A stretch of DNA of 62,478 bases from a virus (lineage: Duplodnaviria > Heunggongvirae > Uroviricota > Caudoviricetes): IMG/VR virus record IMGVR_UViG_2877263951_000003; one strand, written 5' to 3'. How positions within the stretch are numbered: position 1 is the first letter of the stretch; every line of letters begins with the position of its first letter. The notes under the pieces are model-generated. The model saw only the letters and a program-made list of their open reading frames with translations, did no database searches and was not told the origin of the DNA. Below are positions 31,917 to 45,012 of the stretch, in pieces. The position numbers and the translations under genes are program-made.

Positions 31917-32219
31917 TTAACGCGTATTTTTCAGCGACTCCTGTGCAAAATACGCTGTTGATTTTTTTAATATATCGCGCTCAAGGCGAGCTTCATTTAA
32001 CGCCTTACGCAGTTGCAGAATTTCAGATTCCAGTTCAGCCACCGTGCGGGAACCAGGAGTACCGAGCCCTTTTCTGGCGGCGGTAACCCATTGTCCTAAA
32101 GTGCCTTCAGGAAGGGATAATCGGGAAGCGCCTTCACTGATCGAAAGTTGATTTTCAAGAACCGTTCTGACAGCTTCGGCTTTGAACTCTTTAGAGTAAC
32201 GTTGGGTTTTTCTGCTCAT
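31917..32219 (-). CDS. IS600 OrfA (KKSTAYF variant)
   Basis: 100 aa, one substitution relative to the other copies. Confidence 0.85.
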   Translation of the reverse strand: MSRKTQRYSKEFKAEAVRTVLENQLSISEGASRLSLPEGTLGQWVTAARKGLGTPGSRTVAELESEILQLRKALNEARLERDILKKSTAYFAQESLKNTR

Positions 32220-32699
32220 TATTAGCTCCTTCTGATGCCATTCTATTTCAGGAAGGAGTGTCCGTTAAACTCAGGCTACCTCAGTCCTCGGGGATGCAGC
32301 TGCAAAATTTTTTGCAACTGATACCTATATCAACGGAACAGGTGGTGTTGTGGAGAGGGATATTTGCAATTTTCCCAAGCGTGAAGCTTGCCTCATGGCA
32401 ATGAGCTACAGCTATGAGCTTCAGGCGCAGGTGTATGACCACATGACGGAGCTTGAGGGCGGGAAGGACATTAACCTCCTCGATTTCTCTGGCCTGACCG
32501 ATATGGCAATCAGCGAAATGCAAAACCGTGTCGCGGCTGCTGAGAAGTTCTCATTTGAAATGCACGGTCAAGCAGGTAGCGCTCTCATGACTCGTCGGAA
32601 GAAAGAGAAGAAGGCCATTAAAAAGGCTGAGCAGCTTGTGAAGGATCTGATTCAGTTCAAGCTATGTGACATGGGGGATTTCCCTGATGGTAAACCAGC

Positions 32700-32912
32700 A
32701 TGACTCCGATTGATTTCATACATAAAAATGTAACAACCGAGTTAATAAAGCTTGGGTACGACCAGAACGCGGCTATGACTGGCGCTGACATGGCGGTGGA
32801 GCATTACCGCCGTTGTTCACAAGCCAGCAGAAAAGGCCGAGTTTTCGATGACTGCCTGTACATTGCAAAACAGTGGGCAGGTAGGCAGAAAAGGGAAAAA
32901 ATGACAACCTGA
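32700..32912 (+). CDS. Hypothetical small protein (70 aa)
   Basis: ORF overlapping the rha stop (ATGA); no family recognised. Confidence 0.3.
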   Translation: MTPIDFIHKNVTTELIKLGYDQNAAMTGADMAVEHYRRCSQASRKGRVFDDCLYIAKQWAGRQKREKMTT

Positions 32913-33010
32913 GAGCTACTTTCACAACGGCTCTTCATTACAAAGCCCATCTACTGGTGGGCTTTGTAATGGCTTATACCCTACACGGGATAACTTAACT
33001 GATATCCCTT

Positions 33011-33226
33011 TTAACGGATAAAGGTATTCAGGCCTGACACATCATGCGCTGTATCGTCGCTGTATTCCCGCATTAACCATGACCGTAGCCCGACGGGGAA
33101 CTCCTTCTGCGCGAGTGTGCGGGAATAATCAAAAACGATGCACACCGGGTTTTTACCGCGTTTATGGTTCGCGGGTTTGTCCCTCATGCTCGCCAGTCCT
33201 GTGCGGGGGTGGAAGAAACAGGACAC
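33011..33226 (-). CDS. Hypothetical minus-strand moron between lysis genes and cos
   Basis: 71-codon ORF with a 9-bp stem hairpin (32951..32976) just downstream on the same strand; weak. Confidence 0.2.
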   Translation of the reverse strand: MSCFFHPRTGLASMRDKPANHKRGKNPVCIVFDYSRTLAQKEFPVGLRSWLMREYSDDTAHDVSGLNTFIR

Positions 33227-33349
33227 TTACACTGATTCTTGTGGGTACGATGCTATTCCTTTCTGGATTATCCCGATGTCATTCATGCAGGGCGCTGTAT
33301 CAGACGTTCGTCATGGCTGTCAGGCTGACGGGTCCTCCCGGTGGGGTGG

Positions 33350-33510
33350 CCTGCCACGGGGCGGGAGCGGCGCAGAATTTCACTATTTATGAAAATTTTT
33401 CGGAAACCATGTCCGGTTTCTCTGAAGGTTAACCATTTGAAAAATATAGAAATGCGCTTTCTGCGAACCGGACATGCGCAAAAATTGAACACTCAAACCG
33501 GACATATATG
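33350..33510 (+). other. cos region (cosN plus cosB-like repeats)
   Basis: GGGGCGGGAGCGGCGCAGAATTTCACTATTTATGAAAATTTTTCGG resembles lambda cos as recalled; three copies of ACCGGACAT (one inverted) at 33407..33420, 33465..33476 and 33496..33507, immediately upstream of nu1. Confidence 0.5.
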
Positions 33511-34147
33511 CCGCGTTTCATAAAGTTGTTCGCAAGATGCATGTTTAAAACTCATGAGGGGAGATTTTTTGGCGAGGTGAACAGTGGCTACTCAGACTGA
33601 AGTTGCCAGGCATTTGAGTCTGACCGATCGCCAGCTTCGCAGATTACAGAAACTGCCGGGTGCCCCGGTTTCGAACAAGCGAGGACAACTGGATCTGGAT
33701 GCCTGGCGTGATTTTTACATATCGTATCTGAGAAGAAGTAAAAACGATGTGCCTGATGGTGATCCGGAAGAGGATTATGAAGAGAAACTGAGGTAGCCTG
33801 AGTTTAACGGACACTCCTTCCTGAAATAGAATGGCATCAGAAGGAGCTAATAATGAGCAGAAAAACCCAACGTTACTCTAAAGAGTTCAAAGCCGAAGCT
33901 GTCAGAACGGTTCTTGAAAATCAACTTTCGATCAGTGAAGGCGCTTCCCGATTATCTCTTCCTGAAGGCACTGAACCGCCCCGGGTTTCCTGGAGAGTGT
34001 TTTATCTGTGAACTCAGGCTGCCAGATCATCGTTTCCGATGGAAGCATAATAAGCTTTTTCTGCTTCTGCCGGAGGGATGTGGCCCAGCCTTTCCAGCAA
34101 TCGTCGATTGTTATACCAGTCCACCCACGTTAGTGTGGCTGAAGTGG

Positions 34148-35316
<1,169 letters not shown>

Positions 35317-35388
35317 TGGAGCACCTGTGTTGTTCTGAGGTGAGCATATCACCTCTGTTCAGGTGGCCAAATTCAGTGTGCCACTTCA

Positions 35389-36148
<760 letters not shown>

Positions 36149-36152
<4 letters not shown>

Positions 36153-36475
36153 TTTTTCCAGAGGCGGTCGAACTCCGCCTTCGCAAAATAAGCGGAAGCC
36201 TGGCGAAGGATATCGTTACTGCGGCGCAGTTCACGATTTTCACGCTCCGGCTCTTTCAGACGCTGACGTTCAGCGGTGGTGAGCCCTCCATCACCGCCCC
36301 CGGTATCCCGCTCATGCTGGCGACCCCAGACACGCAGAGTCTCCGGCGTACAGCCAATCTTTGGAGCAATGGAACAAATTGTCGCCCATTGTGAGTCATA
36401 TTCGCCCTGACTTTCCAGAACCATACGGACTGCCCGTTGACGGACTTCGGGGGAAAAACGAGTATTTTTAGTCAT
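36149..36475 (-). CDS. IS629-like OrfA
   Basis: [50 protein letters not shown]... Confidence 0.8.
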
Positions 36476-36751
36476 CCTGTTTACCTCTTTCTCAGGAAGT
36501 TTAGTCTCCAGGATTCCCGGGGCGGTTCACACTTTAGGACAATGGGTTACCGCCGCCAGAAAAGGGCTCGGTACTCCTGGTTCCCGCACGGTGGCTGAAC
36601 TGGAATCTGAAATTCTGCAACTGCGTAAGGCGTTAAATGAAGCTCGCCTTGAGCGCGATATATTAAAAAAATCAACAGCGTATTTTGCACAGGAGTCGCT
36701 GAAAAATACGCGTTAATCGAACAATGGCGACAACAATTTCCCATTGAAGCG

Positions 36752-37570
36752 ATGTGTCAGGTATTTGGTGTATCCAGGAGCGGTTATTACAACTGGGTAC
36801 AGCATGAACCCTCAGACAGAAAACAAAGTGATGAGCGGCTAAAACTGGAGATTAAGGTGGCACATATCCGCACTCGCGAAACATATGGAACCCGGCGGCT
36901 CCAGACGGAGCTGGCAGAGAATGGCATCATCGTTGGTCGTGACCGACTGGCACGTCTTCGTAAGGAGCTGAGGCTACGCTGTAAGCAGAAACGCAAGTTC
37001 AGAGCGACTACGAACCCGAACCACAATCTGCCAGTTGCGCCAAATCTGCTGAACCAGACGTTCGCTCCTACAGCACCAAATCAGGTCTGGGTGGCGGACC
37101 TGACGTATGTTGCCACACAGGAGGGATGGTTGTACCTCGCTGGCATCAAAGATGTTTATACGTGTGAAATTGTCGGCTACGCCATGGGAGAGCGCATGAC
37201 AAAAGAGCTGACAGGTAAAGCCCTGTTTATGGCGCTCAGGAGCCAGCGCCCACCTGCCGGGCTAATCCACCACTCTGATCGAGGTTCACAGTACTGCGCA
37301 TACGATTACCGGGTCATACAGGAGCAGTCTGGTCTGAAAACATCAATGTCGCGTAAAGGTAACTGTTACGACAACGCTCCGATGGAAAGCTTCTGGGGAA
37401 CGCTGAAAAATGAGAGCCTGAGCCACTATCGTTTTAATAACCGGGATGAAGCCATCTCAGTAATACGGGAATACATTGAGATTTTCTACAATCGTCAGCG
37501 TCGTCACTCTCGTCTGGGGAATATCTCCCCGGCAGCCTTCAGGGAAAAATATCATCAGATGGCTGCTTAA
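36752..37570 (+). CDS. IS600 orfB transposase (copy E, intact)
   Basis: Identical to 3013..3831. Confidence 0.9.
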   Translation: MCQVFGVSRSGYYNWVQHEPSDRKQSDERLKLEIKVAHIRTRETYGTRRLQTELAENGIIVGRDRLARLRKELRLRCKQKRKFRATTNPNHNLPVAPNLLNQTFAPTAPNQVWVADLTYVATQEGWLYLAGIKDVYTCEIVGYAMGERMTKELTGKALFMALRSQRPPAGLIHHSDRGSQYCAYDYRVIQEQSGLKTSMSRKGNCYDNAPMESFWGTLKNESLSHYRFNNRDEAISVIREYIEIFYNRQRRHSRLGNISPAAFREKYHQMAA

Positions 37571-37891
37571 AAAAAGAACAAATGGTAGTGTCCGCTATTG
37601 CCAGTACACCTCAAACTACTCATTGCCAGATGGGAACTGACCGCAGAACAGGCTGTCGCACAGCAGTTAAAAAATCAGGTGTCAAAAGGAAATCTTATCG
37701 ATACCGGATTTTGTATTTTTGCCCTTAGTAAGCTGGCGATGGCTTTATCCAGTACGCTTGACTCCATTCCTTTGTCCATGCAACGACAGTTCCCGGATTT
37801 AACGCCGCGTCATATTGATCATCTGAAAATCCTTATTGCTAAGGGAGCGAATCAGTGCGCGCGTGCGGGGGATAAATTACCGGATTTACTC

Positions 37892-39821
37892 GATGAATAT
37901 ATCAGAACAACAACTGAGTAATATGATGGTGGCAGTCACTATCGCACTGCAGCCACTGGTCAGGGTATTGCCGGTGACGGCTGTAGAATGGGCCGATCAA
38001 AATTATTACCTGCCTAAAGAATCGTCATACGGTGAGGGGGAATGGAAAACGCTGCCGTTTCAGGTCGCCATCATGAACTGCATGGGCAATGACGAGATTC
38101 GTACAGTTAACCTGATTAAATCTGCTCGTGTTGGTTATACAAAAATGGTGCTTGGTGTGATCGGGTATTTTATTGAGCACAAATCCCGCAACACTCTTCT
38201 TTTTCAGCCGACGGACTCAGCTGCTGAAGATTTTATGAAGTCTCACGTGGAAGCAACAATTCGTGATGTTCCTTGCCTGAAAAAACTTTCTCCCTGGCTG
38301 GGCCGGAAACACCGGGATAATACGCTCACACTGAAGCGTTTTTCCTCTGGTGTGGGGTTCTGGTGTTTGGGTGGTGCTGCTGCCAAAAACTACCGTGAAA
38401 AATCTGTCGATGTGGTCTGCTATGACGAACTCTCCTCGTTTGAACCGGATGTGGAAAAAGAAGGTTCGCCAACACTGCTTGGCGATAAACGTATTGAAGG
38501 TTCGGTATGGCCAAAATCCATACGCGGTTCAACGCCAAAAATTAAAGGCTCCTGTCAGATTGAAAAAGCTGCGAATGAATCTGCGCATTTCATGCGGTTT
38601 TATGTCCCTTGCCCTCATTGCGGGGAGGAGCAGTATCTGAAGTTTGGCGATGATGCGACGTCGTTTGGCCTGAAATGGGAGAAGGGTAAACCGGAAACGG
38701 TGTATTACCTGTGTGAACATAATGGCTGCGTGATCCGTCAGTCTGAACTTGATCAGACCGGGGGGCGCTGGATTTGTGACAATACCGGGATGTGGACGCG
38801 TGACGGTCTGACGTTTTTCAGTGCTTCGGGTAATGAAATTCCGCCGCCGCGCTCCATCACTTTCCATATATGGACGGCGTACAGTCCGTTCACCACCTGG
38901 GTACAGATAGTCTGTGACTGGCTGGATGCACTGAAAGATCCCAACGGCGTGAAAACTTTTGTGAACACCACGCTGGGCGAGACCTGGGAAGAGGCCGTGG
39001 GCGAAAAACTCGATCACCAGGTACTGATGGATAAGGTTGTGCCTTACACGGCAACGGTGCCTGTCCGGGTGGTTTATCTGACGGCGGGCATTGACTCGCA
39101 GCGAAACCGTTTTGAGATGTATGTCTGGGGGTGGGCTCCGGGAGAGGAAGCCTTTCTGGTGGATAAAATCATCATCATGGGACGTCCTGATGAGGAAGAG
39201 ACGCTGTTACGTGTGGATGCGGCGATCAATAAAAAATACCGCCATGCAGACGGTACCGAAATGACCATTTCCCGTGTCTGCTGGGATATCGGGGGGATCG
39301 ATGGCGAAATCGTGTATCAGAGGTCAAAAAAACACGGTGTTTTCCGGGTACTGCCGGTAAAAGGTGCCTCTGTCTATGGCAAGCCGGTGATCACCATGCC
39401 GAAAACCCGCAATCAGCGGGGTGTGTATCTGTGTGAGGTGGGGACGGATACCGCAAAAGAAATTCTCTATGCCCGAATGAAGGCCGATCCCACCCCTGTG
39501 AATGAGGCCACATCGTATGCCATCCGCTTTCCTGATAATCCGGAGATTTTTTCGCAGACAGAGGCACAACAACTGGTGGCGGAGGAACTGGTGGAAAAGT
39601 GGGAAAAAGGAAAGATGCGTCTGTTGTGGGATAACAAAAAGCGGCGTAACGAAGCGCTGGACTGCCTGGTGTATGCCTATGCGGCATTACGTGTGTCCGT
39701 GCAACGCTGGCAACTTGATCTGGCTGTGCTGGCGGCATCCCGCAAGGATGCAACTGCACAACCGACCCTTGAAGAACTGGCAGCGAAGCTGTCCGGAGGA
39801 GTGAATGGTTACAGTCGCTGA
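37892..39821 (+). CDS. Terminase large subunit (lambda gpA-like)
   Basis: MNISEQQLSN...TAVEWADQNYYLPKESSYGEGEWKTLPFQVAIMN...; closely resembles lambda A as recalled; start overlaps the nu1 3' end. Confidence 0.9.
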
Positions 39822-40008
39822 ACTGCAGGCGCTGCGTCAGGCGCGCCTTGATTTATTAACCGGTAAACGGGTTGTGTCGGTACAGAAAGACGGTCGCAGG
39901 ATCGAATATACGGCAGCGTCCCTGAATGAGCTTAACCGTGCGATCAACGATGCGGAGTCGGTTCTGGGTACGACCCGACGCCGCCGACCGCTGGGAGTGA
40001 GGTTATGA
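39805..40008 (+). CDS. Head-tail joining protein gpW
   Basis: MVTVAELQALRQARLDLLTGKRVVSVQKDGRRIEYTAASLNELNRAINDAE... Confidence 0.85.
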   Translation: MVTVAELQALRQARLDLLTGKRVVSVQKDGRRIEYTAASLNELNRAINDAESVLGTTRRRRPLGVRL

Positions 40009-41598
40009 AACGAACGCCTGTCCTGATTGATGTGAACGGCGTTCCGCTTCGTGAGAGTCTCAGCTACAACGGAGGCGGCGCAGGATTTGGCGGGCAAATG
40101 GCAGAGTGGTTACCACCGGCGCAGAGTGCCGATGCGGCCCTGTTGCCTGCATTGCGTCTGGGGAATGCCCGGGCAGATGATCTGGTGCGCAATAACGGTA
40201 TCGCGGCTAATGCGGTGGCCCTGCATAAGGATCATATCGTCGGGCACATGTTTCTTATCAGCTACCGTCTGAACTGGCGTTGGCTGGGGATGCGGGAGAC
40301 CACGGCAAAAAGTTTTGTCGGGGAGGTGGAAGCAGCCTGGTCGGAATACGCAGAAGGAATGTTTGGCGAGATCGACGTGGAAGGGAAACGCACGTTTACG
40401 GAATTTATCCGTGAAGGGGTGGGCGTGCATGCCTTTAACGGCGAAATCTTTGTGCAGCCGGTCTGGGATACGGAAACCACGCAGTTATTCCGTACGCGTT
40501 TTAAAGCCGTGAGTCCGAAACGGGTGGACACGCCAGGACACGGTATGGGGAACCACTTTCTGCGGGCCGGGGTTGAGGTCGATCGGTATGGGCGGGCGAT
40601 TGCGTACCATATCTGTGAGGATGATTTTCCGTTCTCTGGTGCCGGACGCTGGGAGCGGATCCCGCGTGAGCTTCCCACCGGGCGTCCGGCCATGCTGCAT
40701 ATTTTTGAGCCGGTGGAGGACGGGCAGACCCGTGGGGCTAATCAGTTTTACAGCGTAATGGAGCGGATGAAGATGCTGGACTCCCTGCAGGCCACGCAGC
40801 TTCAGTCGGCCATTGTGAAGGCGATGTATGCAGCCACAATCGAAAGTGAACTTGATACCGAAAAGGCATTTGAATATATCGCGGGGGCACCGCAAGGTCA
40901 GCAGGATAATCCGCTTATTAATATTCTGGAGAAGTTCACCCGCTGGTATGACACGAATAACGTGACGCTGGGCGGTGTTAAAATTCCGCACCTTTTTTCC
41001 TGGCGATGCGCTGAACCTGCAGACAGCGCAGGATTCAGACAATGGATTTTCGGCGCTTGAACAGGCGCTGCTGCGGTATATTGCAGCCGGTCTTGGCGTT
41101 TCCTACGAACAGTTGTCCCGTGATTACTCGAAGGTCAGTTACTCAAGTGCCCGCGCCTCCGCCAATGAGTCGTGGCGCTATTTTATGGGGCGGCGAAAAT
41201 TTATTGCGGCCCGGCTGGCCACGCAGATGTTTTCCTGCTGGCTGGAAGAGGCGCTTCTTCGGGGGATTATTCGTCCGCCACGGGCGCGTTTTGATTTTTA
41301 CCAGGCGCGTTCAGCCTGGTCACGGGCAGAGTGGATTGGCTCCGGAAGAATGGCCATTGACGGGCTCAAGGAGGTCCAGGAATCGGTGATGCGCATTGAG
41401 GCCGGACTGAGCACGTATGAGAAAGAACTGGCACTGATGGGCGAAGATTATCAGGACATTTTCCGCCAGCAGGTCAGGGAATCCGCAGAGCGCGAAAAAG
41501 CCGGACTCTCACGTCCGGTGTGGATAGCCCAGGCGTATCAGCAGCAGATAGCGGAGAGTCGCAGGCCGGAAGAGGAGACAACATCACGTGAGACGTAA
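40005..41598 (+). pseudogene. Portal protein (gpB-like) with +1 frameshift in a T6 run
   Basis: Two overlapping frames (40005..41060 and 40975..41598) together encode a lambda B-like portal; TTTTTT at 40993..40998 where five T would keep ...GGVKIPHLFPGDALNLQTAQDSDNGFSALEQ... in frame. Confidence 0.75.
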
Positions 41599-43093
41599 TC
41601 TTTCACATATTATCGCTGCGGCATTCAATGAGCCGCTGCTTCTGGAGCCCGCCTATGCGCGGGTTTTCTTTTGCGCGCTCGGGCGTGAGATGGGCGCAGC
41701 AAGCCTTTCGGTACCGCAACAGCAGGTACAGCTTGACGCTCCCGGGATGCTGGCTGAAACGGACGAGTACATGGCCGGAGGCAAACGACCTGCCCGTGTT
41801 TACCGGGTGGTGAACGGTATTGCTGTACTGCCGGTGACCGGCACGCTGGTACACCGGCTGGGTGGCATGCGGCCATTTTCCGGAATGACTGGCTATGACG
41901 GCATTGTCGCCTGTCTTCAGCAGGCAATGGCGGACACTCAGGTACGGGGCGTACTGCTGGACATTGACAGTCCTGGCGGGCAGGCCACCGGCGCGTTTGA
42001 CTGCGCTGACATGATTTACCGTCTCCGGCAGCTGAAGCCTGTCTGGGCACTGTGCAATGACACGGCCTGTTCAGCCGCCATGTTACTGGCATCGGCCTGC
42101 TCCCGACGGCTGGTTACCCAGACATCCCGTATCGGCTCCATTGGGGTGATGATGGGCCATGTCAGCTATGCCGGTCATCTGGCACAGGCCGGTGTGGATA
42201 TCACGCTGATTTACGCCGGATCGCACAAGGTGGATGGCAATCAGTTTGAATCCCTGCCAGCAAAGGTTCGCCAGGACATGCAGCAGCGCATTGATGCGGC
42301 GCGCCGGATGTTTGCTGAAAAAGTGGCGATGTATACCGGTTTATCTGTGGATGCGGTTATGGGAACAGAGGCCGCCGTTTTTGAAGGTCAGTCCGGTATT
42401 GAGGCCGAACTGGCGGATGAATTAATCAATGCGTCGGACGCCATCAGCGTGATGGCTGCGACGCTGAACACACACGATACAGGAGGCACTATGCCGCAAT
42501 TAACTGCAACGGAGGCTGCCGCGCAGGAGAACCAGCGAGTGATGGGGATCCTGACGTGTCAGGAAGCGAAAGGACGTGAACAACTGGCCACGATGCTGGC
42601 AGGGCAACAGGGTATGAGCGTTGAGCAGGCCCGGGCGATTCTGGCCGTGGCGGCACCGCAACAATCTGGTGTATCTGCGCAGAGTGAAGCCGATCGCATT
42701 ATGGCATGTGAAGAGGCGAAAGGACGTGAACAACTGGCGGCAACGCTGGCGGCGATGCCGGAGATGACGGTGGAAAAAGCCCGTCCGATTCTGGCTGCTT
42801 CACCGCAGGCGAATGCCGGACCCTCACTTCGTGATCAGATTATGGCCCTGGATGAGGCAAAAGGGGCAGAGGCGCAGGCTGAAAAACTGGCGGCCTGTCC
42901 GGGGATGACCGTGGAGAATGCCCGGGCTGTACTGGCGGCAGCCTCAGACAGGGCAGAACCGGTTTCTGCATCCACAACCGCCATGTTTGAACATTTCATG
43001 GCGAACCATTCACCGGCAGCGGTACAGGGTGGCGTGCCACAGACGTCAGCAGACGGTGATGCGGACGTGAAAATGCTCATGGCCATGCCATGA
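41588..43093 (+). CDS. Head maturation protease / scaffold (gpC-like, S49 peptidase) with internal repeats
   Basis: S49/ClpP-like core (GIAVLPVTGTLVHR...IDSPGGQATGAF...) and three ~40-aa repeats (..QEAKGREQLA..MSVEQARAILA..) in the C-terminal third. Confidence 0.85.
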   Translation: MRRNLSHIIAAAFNEPLLLEPAYARVFFCALGREMGAASLSVPQQQVQLDAPGMLAETDEYMAGGKRPARVYRVVNGIAVLPVTGTLVHRLGGMRPFSGMTGYDGIVACLQQAMADTQVRGVLLDIDSPGGQATGAFDCADMIYRLRQLKPVWALCNDTACSAAMLLASACSRRLVTQTSRIGSIGVMMGHVSYAGHLAQAGVDITLIYAGSHKVDGNQFESLPAKVRQDMQQRIDAARRMFAEKVAMYTGLSVDAVMGTEAAVFEGQSGIEAELADELINASDAISVMAATLNTHDTGGTMPQLTATEAAAQENQRVMGILTCQEAKGREQLATMLAGQQGMSVEQARAILAVAAPQQSGVSAQSEADRIMACEEAKGREQLAATLAAMPEMTVEKARPILAASPQANAGPSLRDQIMALDEAKGAEAQAEKLAACPGMTVENARAVLAAASDRAEPVSASTTAMFEHFMANHSPAAVQGGVPQTSADGDADVKMLMAMP

Positions 43094-43129
43094 AGTCAGT
43101 GCTGACCATCAATATGAGGTTTTTACAAT

Positions 43130-43477
43130 ATGGTAACGAAAACCATCACTGAACAGCGTGCGGAAGTACGTATTTTTGCCGGTAATGATCCGGCCCATAC
43201 CGCCACAGGCAGCAGCGGGATTTCCTCGGCAACACCGGCTCTGACGCCCCTGATGCTGGATGAGGATACCGGGAAACTGGTGGTCTGGGACGGACAGAAG
43301 GCAGGCCATGTGGTTGGCATACTGGTACTGCCGCTTGAAGGTACAGAGACGGTGCTGACGTATTACAAGTCGGGGACCTTTGCGACGGAGGCCATCCACT
43401 GGCCTGAGAGAGTGGATACACACAAAAAGGCGAATGCCTTTGCCGGCAGTGCCCTGAGTCACGCAGCGCTGCCGTAA
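43130..43477 (+). CDS. Head decoration protein gpD
   Basis: ...GNDPAHTATGSSGISSATPALTPLMLDEDTGKLVVWDG...YYKSGTFATEAIHWPE... Confidence 0.85.
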   Translation: MVTKTITEQRAEVRIFAGNDPAHTATGSSGISSATPALTPLMLDEDTGKLVVWDGQKAGHVVGILVLPLEGTETVLTYYKSGTFATEAIHWPERVDTHKKANAFAGSALSHAALP

Positions 43478-43534
43478 CATTTTATCAGGTCACTGCGGTA
43501 GCCTGACTGATTTCTGAATGAAAGGAACTGATTT

Positions 43535-44563
43535 ATGGGATTGTTTACGACCCGCCAGTTACTCGGTTATACCGAACAAAAAGTTAAATTTCGTGCGCTG
43601 TTTCTGGAGCTGTTTTTCCGCCGTACGGTGAATTTCCATACCGAAGAGGTAATGCTGGACAAAATTACCGGAAAAACGCCGGTGGCGGCCTATGTCTCCC
43701 CGGTTGTTGAAGGAAAGGTGTTGCGTCACCGTGGCGGTGAAACTCGTGTACTGCGCCCGGGCTACGTTAAGCCGAAACACGAATTTAATTACCAGCAGGC
43801 GGTGGAGCGTCTTCCCGGTGAAGATCCGGCCCAGCTGAACGACCCGGCTTACCGTCGCCTGCGTATCATCACCGATAACCTCAAACAGGAAGAGCACGCC
43901 ATTGTCCAGGTGGAAGAGATGCAGGCGGTGAATGCCGTGCTGTATGGCAAATACACCATGGAAGGAGAGCAGTTTGAAACTGTTGAGGTCGATTTTGGCC
44001 GGTCGGTGGGAAATAACATTACGCAGGCAGGAGGGACGGAGTGGAGCGCTCAGGACCGCGATACCTTTGATCCGACGCATGATCTGGATGCGTACTGTGA
44101 TTTTGCTTCCGGCACCATCAATATTGCCATTATGGATGGTAAGGTCTGGCGTCTGCTGAATGGCTTTAAGCTGTTCCGCGAAAAACTGGATACCCGTCGT
44201 GGCTCAAATTCACAGCTGGAAACGGCAGTGAAAGACCTGGGGGCGGTGGTGTCCTTCAAAGGGTATTATGGTGATCTGGCAATCGTGGTGGCAAAAACGT
44301 CCTATGTGGCAGAGGACGGTACCGAAAAACGTTATCTGCCGGACGGCACACTGGTACTGGGAAATACGGCCGCAGAGGGTATTCGTTGCTACGGTGCCAT
44401 TCAGGATGCGCAGGCATTGTCTGAAGGCGTGGTGGCGTCTTCCCGTTATCCGAAACACTGGCTGACCGTGGGTGATCCGGCGCGTGAATTCACCATGACG
44501 CAGTCCGCGCCGCTGATGGTGCTGCCGGATCCGGATGAGTTTGTGGTGGTGCAGGTGAAATAA
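43535..44563 (+). CDS. Major capsid protein gpE
   Basis: ...PGYVKPKHEFNYQQ...DPAYRRLRIITDN...KLDTRRGSNSQLETAVKDLG...GDPAREFTMTQSAPLMVLPDPDEFVVVQVK. Confidence 0.9.
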   Translation: MGLFTTRQLLGYTEQKVKFRALFLELFFRRTVNFHTEEVMLDKITGKTPVAAYVSPVVEGKVLRHRGGETRVLRPGYVKPKHEFNYQQAVERLPGEDPAQLNDPAYRRLRIITDNLKQEEHAIVQVEEMQAVNAVLYGKYTMEGEQFETVEVDFGRSVGNNITQAGGTEWSAQDRDTFDPTHDLDAYCDFASGTINIAIMDGKVWRLLNGFKLFREKLDTRRGSNSQLETAVKDLGAVVSFKGYYGDLAIVVAKTSYVAEDGTEKRYLPDGTLVLGNTAAEGIRCYGAIQDAQALSEGVVASSRYPKHWLTVGDPAREFTMTQSAPLMVLPDPDEFVVVQVK

Positions 44564-44614
44564 TCCGTGAGCGGGAGCTAAATGCTCCCGTTTTTCATTC
44601 AATCAGGAGCGGGT

Positions 44615-45001
44615 ATGGCTACGAAAGAAGAAAACCTGAAACGTCTTTGTGAGCTGGCTGAGAGGCTGGGGCGTGAACCGGATGTCTCCGGTAGTGCGGC
44701 AGATATTGCGCAGCGAGTGGCGGAACTGGAGGAAGAGCTTGGAGATGCGGGGGAGGTCGCAGAGCCGGATACGTACTCACCATCGAAAGATGATCCGACC
44801 GCGCATAAAGGCGAGTCAGTTCCTGAACAGCCAGGCATTGTTACCGGAGACGAAACGGGGCAGGTTACGGTGGTGGCACTGGCGACACTGCATACAAAAT
44901 GTAATGGTTCAGTGATATTTGTTTCACCGGGAACGTCGTTTCGTGTTTCTGCTGAGGTGGCTGCCAGCATGGCGGCAGGTGGTCTGGCAAAAAGGCAGTA
45001 A
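44615..45001 (+). CDS. DNA packaging protein FI-like
   Basis: Position between E and FII; acidic protein; start chosen at the ATG preceded by AGGAG (44615). Confidence 0.55.
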   Translation: MATKEENLKRLCELAERLGREPDVSGSAADIAQRVAELEEELGDAGEVAEPDTYSPSKDDPTAHKGESVPEQPGIVTGDETGQVTVVALATLHTKCNGSVIFVSPGTSFRVSAEVAASMAAGGLAKRQ

Positions 45002-45012
45002 CAGGAGATGTC

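Larger units (their letters stand above)
31020..32283 (-). mobile_element. IS600 copy D, 1264 bp, TSD GTC, both ORFs intact
   Basis: Canonical ends; GTC at 31017..31019 and 32284..32286. Confidence 0.9.
30840..32703 (+). pseudogene. Rha-family regulatory gene (about 200 aa) interrupted by IS600 copy D
   Basis: MNKSLTVLPSGEYPTMSSLEMVDYINADRKSKAEAEGLAFPCKKYRKLEHRSFMKKVPRV continues after the IS as LGDAAAKFFATDTYINGTGGVVERDICNFPKREACLMAMSYSYELQAQVYDHM...; 3-bp duplication GTC. Confidence 0.6.
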
